Positions 18,697-27,679 of a stretch of DNA of 64,000 bases are shown here, one piece after another. This stretch comes from an uncultured Verrucomicrobiae bacterium (GTDB lineage Bacteria > Verrucomicrobiota > Verrucomicrobiia > Limisphaerales > UBA11358), in the NCBI GenBank assembly GCA_963780535.1, contig CAWACS010000011.1:6594-70593 (forward strand), written 5' to 3'. The notes beneath the pieces are model-generated. The model was not told the DNA's origin. It did no database searches and saw only the letters and a list, made by a program, of their open reading frames with translations. Each line of letters begins with the position of its first letter. Within the stretch, counting starts at the first letter, position 1. The position numbers were made by a program, and so were the translations under genes.

Positions 18697-19962
18697 TTAA
18701 GGCAGCATCACGGCACGGTAGAATTTGTTTCTGGCAACCGGGTTCCGGTCAATCCATAGGTAGGGATTGGAGCTTAGCAGCACTGTGGCCACCGCGTTCC
18801 AGATGTTCATGTCGGGCGAGGACTGGATTTGATACGTGCGTCCGATGGAACCGGTGATCTGCACTCCGGGGTAGGTGTTCAACTGCAGGTTCGCCGGGAC
18901 CACGGGTTGTCCCTGCGCGTTAAAAGTGATGTTGCGAATCCGGTTGTTGCCGCCGTCGGCGACAAAAACCATGCCCTGCGAGAAACAGCCACCGTTGGCG
19001 GAGTTGAAAAGTGCAGTATTGCCCGGACCATCGTTGTAGCCCGAGGAGTAAAAACTCCCTGCCAGGGTGGTCACGTTGGTTTGGGCGTCCATTTTGCGCA
19101 CGTAACCGCCGCAGACCATGTAAAGATTACCCGCATGGTCGAAAGACATGGAGTTAATCACGCTAAAGGTGGCATTGGTGCCGACACCGTCGGCCAAACC
19201 GTAATAATAGTACCCGTTGCCGGCAATGGTCGTGACATTCTGTTGTTGATCAACCCGGCGGATCCGCCCGTTTCCAGAATCCCAGACGTAAATATTGTCG
19301 GCCTGATCGCAGGCCAGCGCCGTGGGGTTGGAAAAGGCGGTAAGGAGAGTTCCCTGTCCGTCGAAATAGCCCGAGATTCCGCTTCCGGCAAAGGGTGCAA
19401 CGGTTCCGGTGCCGGTATTGTAACGGTAGATCCGATTTCCGCCGGAGTAATAAAGGTTGTTTGCCGAATCGAAACAGATGCCGCTGGAAGAAGTCAGGTT
19501 GGTCAAACCTCCGTTGACGATCGCCACGTAGCCGTTGGTATCGATGCTCAGCAGGTAAGTATTTCCCCCATAGTAGCTGTTGGCCATCACCAGCCACAGT
19601 TGGTTGGCATTATCAATTGCCATCGCGCTGATTTGTCCCCAACTCAGCGAAACGTTGGTTCCGGAACCTTCAAAGTAGCTTCCGCCACCGACATAAGTGG
19701 AAACCGTCCGGTCGGGAGTGACCTTTCGGACTCTTTGATTGTTGCTATCCCAGACATACAGGTTGCTGGCGGTGTCGGAAACGATCTGCGACGGGTTATT
19801 GAAGGCCGTTAACAGGCCTTGCCCGTCAACATAGGCCGGTATGCCATAGCCGGCGAATGTCGAAACCATGTCATTGTTGGTATCGTAAATTTGGGCTTGG
19901 GCCCGCCCGGCAAGGAGAATTAGAGCCAAGGTGATTGAGACCGCGAAAGTTTTTGTTTTCAT
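18697..19962 (-). CDS. Secreted NHL-repeat beta-propeller protein with a C-terminal FYR-ending domain
   Basis: Signal peptide MKTKTFAVSITLALILLAGRAQAQ from the ATG at 19962. Repeats include NLYVWDSNNQRVRKV, NIYVWDSGNGRIRRVD and GMVFVADGGNNRIRNI. The C-terminus is TYQIQSSPDMNIWNAV...RNKFYRAVMLP. Confidence 0.75.
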   Translation of the reverse strand: MKTKTFAVSITLALILLAGRAQAQIYDTNNDMVSTFAGYGIPAYVDGQGLLTAFNNPSQIVSDTASNLYVWDSNNQRVRKVTPDRTVSTYVGGGSYFEGSGTNVSLSWGQISAMAIDNANQLWLVMANSYYGGNTYLLSIDTNGYVAIVNGGLTNLTSSSGICFDSANNLYYSGGNRIYRYNTGTGTVAPFAGSGISGYFDGQGTLLTAFSNPTALACDQADNIYVWDSGNGRIRRVDQQQNVTTIAGNGYYYYGLADGVGTNATFSVINSMSFDHAGNLYMVCGGYVRKMDAQTNVTTLAGSFYSSGYNDGPGNTALFNSANGGCFSQGMVFVADGGNNRIRNITFNAQGQPVVPANLQLNTYPGVQITGSIGRTYQIQSSPDMNIWNAVATVLLSSNPYLWIDRNPVARNKFYRAVMLP

Positions 19963-20046
19963 AGAATGGATTCCTTTCCTGCGATTAAAGAGGTTGTTAG
20001 CTGATAATGCCGTGATTGGCAATCACTTGATTGTGACAACCTGGTT

Positions 20047-21171
20047 TCACTTTATATCCGGCTGATAATCGTACCACAGCCATTCCAGGGCTTCGGGCAA
20101 CGTCAGTTGTTTCACCCGGTCGTCCACGTGCCCGGCGTTGCGGGCGAAAATAAACTGGTAATGATAACTCTTGGCCGCCAGCACCTTCGCCATGTTTTCA
20201 TTCGCAACGACCCAGTCATGCATGTTGTCGCGCATGACGTTCGGATTGAAGAGGTCACGGTCACCGACTTCCATCCAGATGCGCAGCGGCTTGACCGGGC
20301 TGTTCGGGATGAGGTGTTCATGAAACTCCCAGGCGCCGTGCGGAGTGTCGGCGTTGGGCGGCCATTGCTGGTTCACATAGGTGCCCGAATACGTCAGCAC
20401 GCGGTGGTAAAGCTCCGGATGATACCAGGCCATGATCAAGGCACACGAGCCACCGGAACTGCCGCCCATGGTCGCCCGGCCGTCGGGATTTTTGGTCAAG
20501 ATCACGCGGCATCGTTTTTCCACGAGCGGCAACACTTCCTGCTCGACGAACTCCGCGTACCGGCCGGACAGGGTGTCGTATTCCAGGCCGCGCTCGCTGC
20601 CTTGGGCGTCGCCGCTGCCATTGCCAATGGAGATGGCAATCATCACCGGCACTTTGCGTTCGGCAATCAAATTGTCCAAAGCCGTGAACAACATGCGGTC
20701 GGGTCCGTCCGCGCCCACCATGAATGGCGCGACCGTGCCGGGGATGTATTGTTTGGGGACATAGACCGCCACGTGGCGGGTGTAGGGAGCCGGGTGGCTG
20801 GTGGTCACCACCAGTTTCGCGGGGTCGGTTGGATCCACCGTGCCAAAAGTACCCGGCTCGCGCGCGATGCCGGGATAAATTTTGCTGTCCGCCGAACTCA
20901 TGTTGAAATGATAGACCGTTCCCCGCGGTACATTGGTCTGCACCATCATTTCAGTGGCGCGGGGATGAGTCGGGCCGATGATAAAGTTTCCATCGGCATC
21001 CGCCGGCGGAACGGTGCCGTCGGGCAATTCCTTGGCCGTGACATATCCCGGTGTGTGCGGATCGCGGGTGGAAGGCGTGGAGCGGGTCGGGTGGTTGGTG
21101 GTGGACTGGGCCGGCAAATTCAACGTCGCGCAGAGCAACGCAACACTCCATGTCAATCTGGTAATCTTCAT
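20047..21171 (-). CDS. Secreted esterase of the putative-esterase / enterochelin-esterase-like family
   Basis: Signal peptide MKITRLTWSVALLCATLNLPAQS. The GGSSGGSCALIMAWYHPELYHRV nucleophile-elbow region and HVDD near the C-terminus are present. An alternative start lies at 21201. Confidence 0.72.
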   Translation of the reverse strand: MKITRLTWSVALLCATLNLPAQSTTNHPTRSTPSTRDPHTPGYVTAKELPDGTVPPADADGNFIIGPTHPRATEMMVQTNVPRGTVYHFNMSSADSKIYPGIAREPGTFGTVDPTDPAKLVVTTSHPAPYTRHVAVYVPKQYIPGTVAPFMVGADGPDRMLFTALDNLIAERKVPVMIAISIGNGSGDAQGSERGLEYDTLSGRYAEFVEQEVLPLVEKRCRVILTKNPDGRATMGGSSGGSCALIMAWYHPELYHRVLTYSGTYVNQQWPPNADTPHGAWEFHEHLIPNSPVKPLRIWMEVGDRDLFNPNVMRDNMHDWVVANENMAKVLAAKSYHYQFIFARNAGHVDDRVKQLTLPEALEWLWYDYQPDIK

Positions 21172-21214
21172 TTGTGTGCTTTCCTGAGTTGAGGTGGTCA
21201 ATCTTGCAGCTTTC

Positions 21215-21264
21215 GGTGGGGCGAGCGTCCTCGCGAGCCGGCTCGTCAGTAGCCTCGCCCCACC
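21215..21264. repeat. 50-nt palindromic REP-like element (GGTGGGGCGAG...CTCGCCCCACC)
   Basis: ggtggggcgagcgtcctcgcgagccggctcgtcagtagcctcgccccacc. Its reverse complement is 49/50 identical to 60800..60849. Confidence 0.85.
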
Positions 21265-21270
21265 AATTAT

Positions 21271-21855
21271 TCATTCATATTTCCAGTTCCGTGACTTGCC
21301 GTTGGCCATCAGTTGGACGGCGGCTTTGATGCGTTTGGCGCGCGTCTCTTCGCGTTTGGCTTCGATAATCCACTGGACATATTCCCGTTTGTGACTGGGA
21401 CTGAAATGCCCGAACGTGGCCAGCGCCTTTTTGTTTTGTTTGAGCGCGGTCAGAAAGTAATCCGGCACGATTACCGCCTTTTTTGTTTTCGGTTTGGGAC
21501 GCGGAGTTTTGATGCCGGCTTCGTTGAGTTCGACGGCTTTCCGGATATAGCCGGCGAGGATTTTGTCGCCAGGCAATTCGGACATGGAAGTGAGATGACG
21601 AAGCTTCGTCTTCTGGCCCTTGCTCAGGAACAACCGGCCTTTCCAAAAAATGAGCGCGCAATGCCGTTTAAACGCCAGTGTGGCCAGTAGAATTCCTTTA
21701 TGCTCGAAAAATGGCGAATTCCATTTGATGGTTTCCTCCACACCCGGGCACGCGGCATGGACGAGCCGGCGGATGCGGTTAAGGATCGGCTTCGCAAAAT
21801 CAGCGGCCTTGGCGATATAGGCGTCCACGCGTCGGTTTTTCTTTGGCATGGGCAA
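21271..21855 (-). CDS. DUF1801 (YdhG-like) plus YdeI/OmpD-associated family protein
   Basis: 194 aa. The N-terminal VDAYIAKAADFAKPILNRIRRLVHAACPGVEETIKWNSPFF and the C-terminal FSPSHKREYVQWIIEAKREETRAKRI match my memory of these families. Confidence 0.65.
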   Translation of the reverse strand: MPMPKKNRRVDAYIAKAADFAKPILNRIRRLVHAACPGVEETIKWNSPFFEHKGILLATLAFKRHCALIFWKGRLFLSKGQKTKLRHLTSMSELPGDKILAGYIRKAVELNEAGIKTPRPKPKTKKAVIVPDYFLTALKQNKKALATFGHFSPSHKREYVQWIIEAKREETRAKRIKAAVQLMANGKSRNWKYE

Positions 21856-21965
21856 AGGATAAAAAGACCGTGGCCGTTTTCAACTCCCGCTTTATCCAAG
21901 CGCCCGTTCCCGTTTCCATCTGTACCTGAAATTGGTTGTATCGCCAAAGCAGATTTACTGCGAGA

Positions 21966-22688
21966 ATGGGCGATAGGTTGCCAATCGTGCACATTTCATC
22001 CGCCATTTTTGACTGCAGCGCGCCGGACCTGGATTCGTGTCCGGACGAGTCCCTGCCTGAATTCGCCTTCATCGGCCGGTCCAATGTCGGCAAATCGTCG
22101 TTGTTGAACACCCTGGCCGGCAAGGACGGTCTGGCCCGGGTCTCGCCCGCGCCGGGTTTCACCAGGCTCATCAACATTTTCACAATGAACCGGTGCTGGC
22201 GTCTGGTGGATCTGCCGGGCTACGGTTTCGCCGAAGGCGCAAGGAAGGACAGCGCGCGGTTCAACCAAGCCGTATCCCAGTACCTCAAGCAGCGAACCAA
22301 CCTCTGTCTCGTCTTCGCACTGATTGATTCCGGGCTGGAACCGCAGGAAATGGATGTCGAGTTCGTCGAATGGCTCGCCCGTAATGCCGTCCCGTTCGTC
22401 CTCGTCTTCACCAAGATCGACAAGGTGACGTCCGCCGCGGTACAGGCGAACATCGCGGCCTTCACGGCGCGCATCGCGGCCGGGTTCGAGAAGTTGCCCG
22501 CAATGTTTACCTGTTCCGCCACGACGGAACAGGGCCGGCGGGAGTTGCTCGGGGTGGTTGATGAGCAAATGACAGCAATACGGGCTGAGTCGGGACGAGC
22601 AACAGTTTCTCCTGAAGGTTTGCCGGACCCCTCCGGGAAGGTGCCGAAAACCCCCAGACGGCGGCCCGATCGTTCGCGCCCCTGGTGA
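21966..22688 (+). CDS. engB: Ribosome-biogenesis GTPase EngB/YsxC
   Basis: PEFAFIGRSNVGKSSLLNTL (G1), LVDLPGYGFA (G3) and FTKIDK (G4). The start is uncertain between 21936 and 21966. Confidence 0.85.
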   Translation: MGDRLPIVHISSAIFDCSAPDLDSCPDESLPEFAFIGRSNVGKSSLLNTLAGKDGLARVSPAPGFTRLINIFTMNRCWRLVDLPGYGFAEGARKDSARFNQAVSQYLKQRTNLCLVFALIDSGLEPQEMDVEFVEWLARNAVPFVLVFTKIDKVTSAAVQANIAAFTARIAAGFEKLPAMFTCSATTEQGRRELLGVVDEQMTAIRAESGRATVSPEGLPDPSGKVPKTPRRRPDRSRPW

Positions 22689-22783
22689 GGGATCTGGCGG
22701 CGGCGGCTTTGGATAAACTTGACGTCAAGGCAAGGCGGCCTTCAGATGTGTCCGAACTTTTAATCATCAACCAAAGTGAAATT

Positions 22784-23479
22784 ATGGCTGTCCCGGTCCA
22801 ATTAACCACGAGCGTGCAGAACGAAACCTTTGGCGGCGTCACCTATCACATCGAAGGCGAGCTGGTGCCGGCGTTGCATCTGGAATTGAGCAACACGGGC
22901 GTTTATTTCGAACATCACATCCTCCTCTGGAAGGATCCGGCGGTGCAGGTTGTATTGCACCCGATGAAGGGGGCGTTCAAACGGATGCTCGCGGGGATGC
23001 CGTTTTTGCTGACCGGTGCAAACGGGCCGGGGCGGATCGCGTTCAGCCGTGACGGCGCGGGTCATGTGTTGGGCCTGCACCTGAAGCCGGGTATGAGCGT
23101 GGATGTGCGGGAACATCAATGGCTCGCGGCCACGGACACCGTGGAATACACATTCAAGCGCGTGAAAGGAGCAGCGAACATGCTGCTGGGCGGGACGGGA
23201 TTTTTTATTGATTCTTTTTCGTGTCCGGCGCGGGAGGGCATTCTCTGGCTGCACGGCTTCGGCAATGTCTTTGAAGTGATGCTGGCGGCGGGCGAGGAGA
23301 TTGACATCGAACCGGGCGGCTGGATTTACAAGGATCATACGGTGCAGATGCAGACGATGTTCCAGAAACTTTCGACGGGCCTGTTTGCCAGCGCGGGGCA
23401 ACTCTGCTGGAACCGTTTCACCGGGCCGGGAAAGATCGCACTGCAATCCATGTATTGTCACATGGAAGGCGGCGAGTAG
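22784..23479 (+). CDS. AIM24/DUF124 family protein
   Basis: YHIEGELVPALHLELS...VYFEHHILLWKD...FLLTGANGPGRIAFSRDGAGHV...REHQWLAATD is the layout typical of TIGR00266-type proteins. The ATG at 22784 is preferred over the overlapping 22685 start. Confidence 0.7.
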   Translation: MAVPVQLTTSVQNETFGGVTYHIEGELVPALHLELSNTGVYFEHHILLWKDPAVQVVLHPMKGAFKRMLAGMPFLLTGANGPGRIAFSRDGAGHVLGLHLKPGMSVDVREHQWLAATDTVEYTFKRVKGAANMLLGGTGFFIDSFSCPAREGILWLHGFGNVFEVMLAAGEEIDIEPGGWIYKDHTVQMQTMFQKLSTGLFASAGQLCWNRFTGPGKIALQSMYCHMEGGE

Positions 23480-23649
23480 AAAAATCTTGCTTCGCTGGAA
23501 GACGACCGATTGTAAGACGACTGCCCCAACCACTGCCCCAAAACCGGTATGCAATGTGCGGGCGAAGCTCCACTCACCGGTGCTAGTGCGCGACCGGCGC
23601 ACAACCGGTTCTTGAGTTTCCGCCCGTTCATTCTAACTTCTAACGCTTC

Positions 23650-25653
23650 ATGTTGACTCTTTCCGGCATCAGCAAGGCGTACGGCGGGCGGGTTCTGCTC
23701 ACCGAGGCCACGCTGCAGGTGAATCGTGCGGACCGCATCGGGCTGGTCGGTCCGAATGGCGCGGGGAAGACCACGCTTTTTTCCATCATCCTGGGCACGG
23801 AATCGCCGGATGCAGGCAAGTCGAGCCGTGAACGCGGGGTCACGGTCGGCTATCTGCCACAGGAAACTGCGGTGGCCGGCGACGAAACGGTGATCGAACT
23901 GGCCACATCCGTCACGCCGGATTTCGTGAAGCTGCGCCGCATCATCAAGGCCTGGGAGACGGACCATCCGGTCGCGGCGCTGCATCCGGATGAAATCCAT
24001 GACAACGTGCACGACCGTTTCAACGAACTCGGCGGCTACCAGCTCGAGGCAAAGGCCAAGCAGATTCTCGCCGGCCTGGGCTTCCGCGAGACCGATTTCG
24101 ACCGGGCGGCCCGCGAGATGAGCGGCGGCTGGGTGATGCGTGCGCATCTGGCGCGCCTGCTCGTGCAGGAGCCGGACCTCCTGATGCTCGACGAGCCAAC
24201 GAACCATCTCGACCTCGAGGCGTTGCTCTGGCTCCAGGGGTATCTGCAAAGTTATCCCGGCGCGATCCTGGTCATTTCGCACGACCGCGAATTCCTCAAC
24301 CGGCTCGTCGGCAGCATCGTGGAAATCCGCCAGAGCAAGCTGCTGCGGTATCGCGGCAACTACGACGAATACCTCGATCAGCGCGCCGCGTACGAGGAAC
24401 AGCTCCTCGCCGCCTACAAAAACCAGCAGCGCGAAATCGGACAGCTCATGGAATTCGTAAACCGGTTTCGCGCCAAGGCGTCCAAGGCCACGCAGGCGCA
24501 GAGCAAACTTAAGCAGGTCGAGCGCATGGACAAAATCGCCGCGCCCACGAACGACGAGCGGAAAATTGGTTTCAGTTTTCCGCAGCCGCAGCGCAGCGGG
24601 CAGAAGGTCATCACGCTCGAAAACATCCATCAGGCATACGGCGACAAGACGGTTTATCGCGGCATGGAATTCAAGGCCGAGCGCGGGCAACGCATCGTGC
24701 TGGTCGGGCCGAACGGCGCCGGCAAATCCACGCTGTTGAAAATCCTCGCCGGGGTGGTCGTCCCGCAAAGCGGCGCGCGGACGCTGGGCCATAACGTCAA
24801 GGCCGGTTATTATTCGCAGAACCGCGTCGAGATGCTGAACCCCGGCCACACCGTGCTCGAGGAGGCGCTCAACACGCCGCAACGCGTCACCGAGCAGTTC
24901 ATCCGCACGTTGCTGGGTTGTTTCCTGTTTCAGGGCGACGACGTGTTCAAGCCGGTCAGCGTGTTGAGCGGCGGTGAGAAGAGCCGGCTGGCGCTGGTGA
25001 AACTGCTGCTCGACCCGCCGAACCTGCTGTTGATGGACGAGCCGACCACGCACCTCGACATGGCGAGCATCGATGCCCTGGCCTACGCGCTGGATCAGTT
25101 TCAGGGCACGCTCGTCTTCATCAGCCACGACGTTTATTTCATTCGCGCCCTGGCGAACCACGTTGTGCACGTGAACGCCGGCCAGCTCACCCATTATCCC
25201 GGCGGCTACCAGTATTATCTCGATAAAACCAAGGCTTCGTCCGAACGCGCAGCGTTGACCGCGACTGGCAGGGACGCGCTGTCCACCCTCCGGAGTAATG
25301 CTGCGAAGGACGGGCCGCTCGCCCGTGATTCCGCCGGACGCGAGCAGGCCGCGCCGCCCCCCGGCCCCGCCATTTCACGGAAGGACCAAAAGCGCCTCGA
25401 AGCCGAGCAACGCCAGGCCCGTTCGCGCGGGCGCAAGGCGCAACAGGAGATCGTCAGCCGGCTCGAAGCGGAAATCCTGCAACTCGAAACGCAGCTCGCC
25501 GAACTCACCGCCGAACTGGAGCTGCCTGCGACCTACGAAAAGCCGGGTCGGGCCGCGCAGGTGAACCGCGAGATGGTGCACGCGCAGGAGCGTCTGGCGG
25601 AATTAAACCCCGTCTGGGAAGCCGAGGCCGGCAAATTGTCGGCCATGGCTTGA
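23650..25653 (+). CDS. ABC-F family ATPase (two ABC domains and a C-terminal coiled-coil; translation-factor type)
   Basis: Two Walker A motifs (GPNGAGKTT, GPNGAGKST), two LSGG signatures (MSGGW, LSGGEKSRL) and no transmembrane domain. Confidence 0.9.
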   Translation: MLTLSGISKAYGGRVLLTEATLQVNRADRIGLVGPNGAGKTTLFSIILGTESPDAGKSSRERGVTVGYLPQETAVAGDETVIELATSVTPDFVKLRRIIKAWETDHPVAALHPDEIHDNVHDRFNELGGYQLEAKAKQILAGLGFRETDFDRAAREMSGGWVMRAHLARLLVQEPDLLMLDEPTNHLDLEALLWLQGYLQSYPGAILVISHDREFLNRLVGSIVEIRQSKLLRYRGNYDEYLDQRAAYEEQLLAAYKNQQREIGQLMEFVNRFRAKASKATQAQSKLKQVERMDKIAAPTNDERKIGFSFPQPQRSGQKVITLENIHQAYGDKTVYRGMEFKAERGQRIVLVGPNGAGKSTLLKILAGVVVPQSGARTLGHNVKAGYYSQNRVEMLNPGHTVLEEALNTPQRVTEQFIRTLLGCFLFQGDDVFKPVSVLSGGEKSRLALVKLLLDPPNLLLMDEPTTHLDMASIDALAYALDQFQGTLVFISHDVYFIRALANHVVHVNAGQLTHYPGGYQYYLDKTKASSERAALTATGRDALSTLRSNAAKDGPLARDSAGREQAAPPPGPAISRKDQKRLEAEQRQARSRGRKAQQEIVSRLEAEILQLETQLAELTAELELPATYEKPGRAAQVNREMVHAQERLAELNPVWEAEAGKLSAMA

Positions 25654-25659
25654 ACGCTT

Positions 25660-26883
25660 ATGAACCCGCGGCGCATAGTCATCGTGGGTGGCGGGGCGGC
25701 CGGATTTTTTGCGGCGCTGGCGTGCGCGGAAGCGCAAAGCGGCGCGGAAATTTTTATCCTCGAAAAAACCTCACGGTTTCTTTCCAAGGTCAAAATCTCC
25801 GGCGGCGGCCGGTGCAATGTCACGCACGCCTGTTTTGACGAGCGCGAGTTTGCCACCCGCTTTCCCCGGGGCGAACGGGCATTGATTGCGCCGTTCCAGC
25901 AGTTTCAGGCGCGCGACACCGTGGCGTGGTTCGCCGCCCATGGCGTGAAATTGAAAACCGAGGATGATGGCCGGATGTTTCCTGTGACGGATTCGTCGCA
26001 AACCATCATCGATTGCCTGCTCGGCGCGGCGCGCCAGGCGGGTGTGAAGTTAAAGACGAACTACGGCGTGGAAAGCGTCACCCGGAACGCGCCCAACGGC
26101 TTCAACCTGGTGCTTTCCAACGGTGAAACAATGGCGTGCGATAGTCTGCTGCTGGCCACGGGCGGCTGCCGGACACCCGTGTTGGGGCAACTGGCGGTTT
26201 CGCTTGGTCACACGCTGGAACCGCCGGTGCCATCATTGTTCACATTTCATATCGCCACACCCTGGTTGCGGGGGTTGGCGGGGATTTCGGTGGAATCGGT
26301 AGAGGCATCGGTGCCGGGCGCGGGGCTGGGCGAACGCGGCGCGCTGCTGGTGACGCATTGGGGCCTGAGCGGCCCGGTGATTCTCCGGTTGTCGGCGTGG
26401 GGCGCGCGGAAATTGCACGAGCTGAATTATTCCTTTCCGTTGCACGTGAACTGGTTGCCCCATCTGAACGCGGAAAAGCTCGCGGCGGAACTGGAGAAGC
26501 GGCGCCTTTCGCAACCCGCCAAGCAGATTGTGAATGCACCCATCCCGCCGTTGCCGGCACGCCTTTGGGAACAACTCGTCATGGCGTCGGGCGTCTCGCG
26601 TGGGACGCGATGGTCGGCGCTTTCGCGGTCCGCGCAGCACCGGCTCGTTCAACAGTTGCGGCGCACGAAGTTTACCGTGAGCGGCAAGAGCCTGAACCAG
26701 GATGAGTTCGTGACCTGCGGCGGGGTCCGGTTGGGCGAGGTGAATTTCAAAACCATGGAGAGCCGCATTTGTCCGGGACTGTTTTTTGCCGGGGAACTGC
26801 TGGACATCGACGGCATCACCGGCGGTTTCAATTTTCAGGCAGCCTGGACCACCGGCTGGATTGCCGGACGCGCCCTGGCGTGA
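25660..26883 (+). CDS. HI0933/BaiN-like FAD-dependent oxidoreductase
   Basis: IVIVGGGAAGFFAALACAE dinucleotide fold and KVKISGGGRCNVTHA. 407 aa. Confidence 0.8.
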   Translation: MNPRRIVIVGGGAAGFFAALACAEAQSGAEIFILEKTSRFLSKVKISGGGRCNVTHACFDEREFATRFPRGERALIAPFQQFQARDTVAWFAAHGVKLKTEDDGRMFPVTDSSQTIIDCLLGAARQAGVKLKTNYGVESVTRNAPNGFNLVLSNGETMACDSLLLATGGCRTPVLGQLAVSLGHTLEPPVPSLFTFHIATPWLRGLAGISVESVEASVPGAGLGERGALLVTHWGLSGPVILRLSAWGARKLHELNYSFPLHVNWLPHLNAEKLAAELEKRRLSQPAKQIVNAPIPPLPARLWEQLVMASGVSRGTRWSALSRSAQHRLVQQLRRTKFTVSGKSLNQDEFVTCGGVRLGEVNFKTMESRICPGLFFAGELLDIDGITGGFNFQAAWTTGWIAGRALA

Positions 26884-27066
26884 CGACGCTTCGGCAATAT
26901 TCTTTCGAAACCCGGAGCGCGAGTTGTCCCAACTCGCAGCGGGTGCGACGTAAAAAAGCCATTGGGAAACAGGAGCGGGTTGCTTCGCCTTCGGACATGC
27001 TGCGGTTTGAGACAAACCGCGCTCCGTCGAGGAAGGAGCCCACCCTGGCTTTCGCCTTCTTCGGCT

Positions 27067-27492
27067 CTATTTCATCAACTGGGTCTTGAATTCGGCCAGC
27101 CGGTCGTCGTAGAAGTCCACGGATTTGGTGGTGGTGGTCACCGTCGAATCATAGTTCACGAGCGTCACGAGGGTGCTGTAGGTGGCGATGTCGTGAACCG
27201 GCAGCACGGCGCGGATGCCGCCGGCCGGGCCCAGCCGGGAGTAACAATCCTGCTCGTGGATTTGCGGTACAAGGATGACACGGTAACCCAGCTTGGTTAA
27301 AAAATTCTGATAGGAATTGGTGGTAACAATCGCCGCGTGCATCGCCGTGGCATCGGATTTGAGTTCGTCGAGCACGGCCTTCAGGGTTTTAAACTGGTCG
27401 CGTGACAGGATGCGGTCAAAATGCTGCTCCGCCGTTTCACTGACCGGAGGTGGGTCGGGTAACGGCGTACTGGTTGCTGGTTTCTTGGCCAT
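27067..27492 (-). CDS. Hypothetical protein (141 aa)
   Basis: ATG-initiated ORF in an otherwise empty interval. I recognise no motif. Confidence 0.45.
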   Translation of the reverse strand: MAKKPATSTPLPDPPPVSETAEQHFDRILSRDQFKTLKAVLDELKSDATAMHAAIVTTNSYQNFLTKLGYRVILVPQIHEQDCYSRLGPAGGIRAVLPVHDIATYSTLVTLVNYDSTVTTTTKSVDFYDDRLAEFKTQLMK

Positions 27493-27679
27493 AAAATTTT
27501 TGGGTCGAAATAAACCTTGATCCGGCTCGCTAGGCGGGAGCGAGGTCAGTATCGTTGATAAAGGCGGGAAAGTCCATGACTTGTTTGCAAGCCCCCGGTT
27601 TGGCCGGATTTTTTTTGCCGCCTCCCCAACGACTCCAGACTGTTCATTTCGTCAACCCTGTCTCATATTGTCGGTAAGC

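Noticed and set aside
23458-25194. 578-aa ORF on the minus strand, opposite the ABC-F gene.
   Set aside because: It lies entirely antisense to a gene with unmistakable Walker and ABC signature motifs. Its translation is Arg/Ala/His/Leu-rich low-complexity sequence with no motif. This is a typical shadow ORF of high-GC DNA.
26884-27066. A 183-nt convergent intergenic region with two hairpins (gcgagttg-tccc-caactcgc and gcggtttg-aga-caaaccgc) and distal ggagcgcg/cgcgctcc complementarity, considered as a possible ncRNA or riboswitch.
   Set aside because: It lies downstream of both flanking genes and matches no riboswitch consensus I know. It is most simply explained as terminator hairpins or another REP copy.
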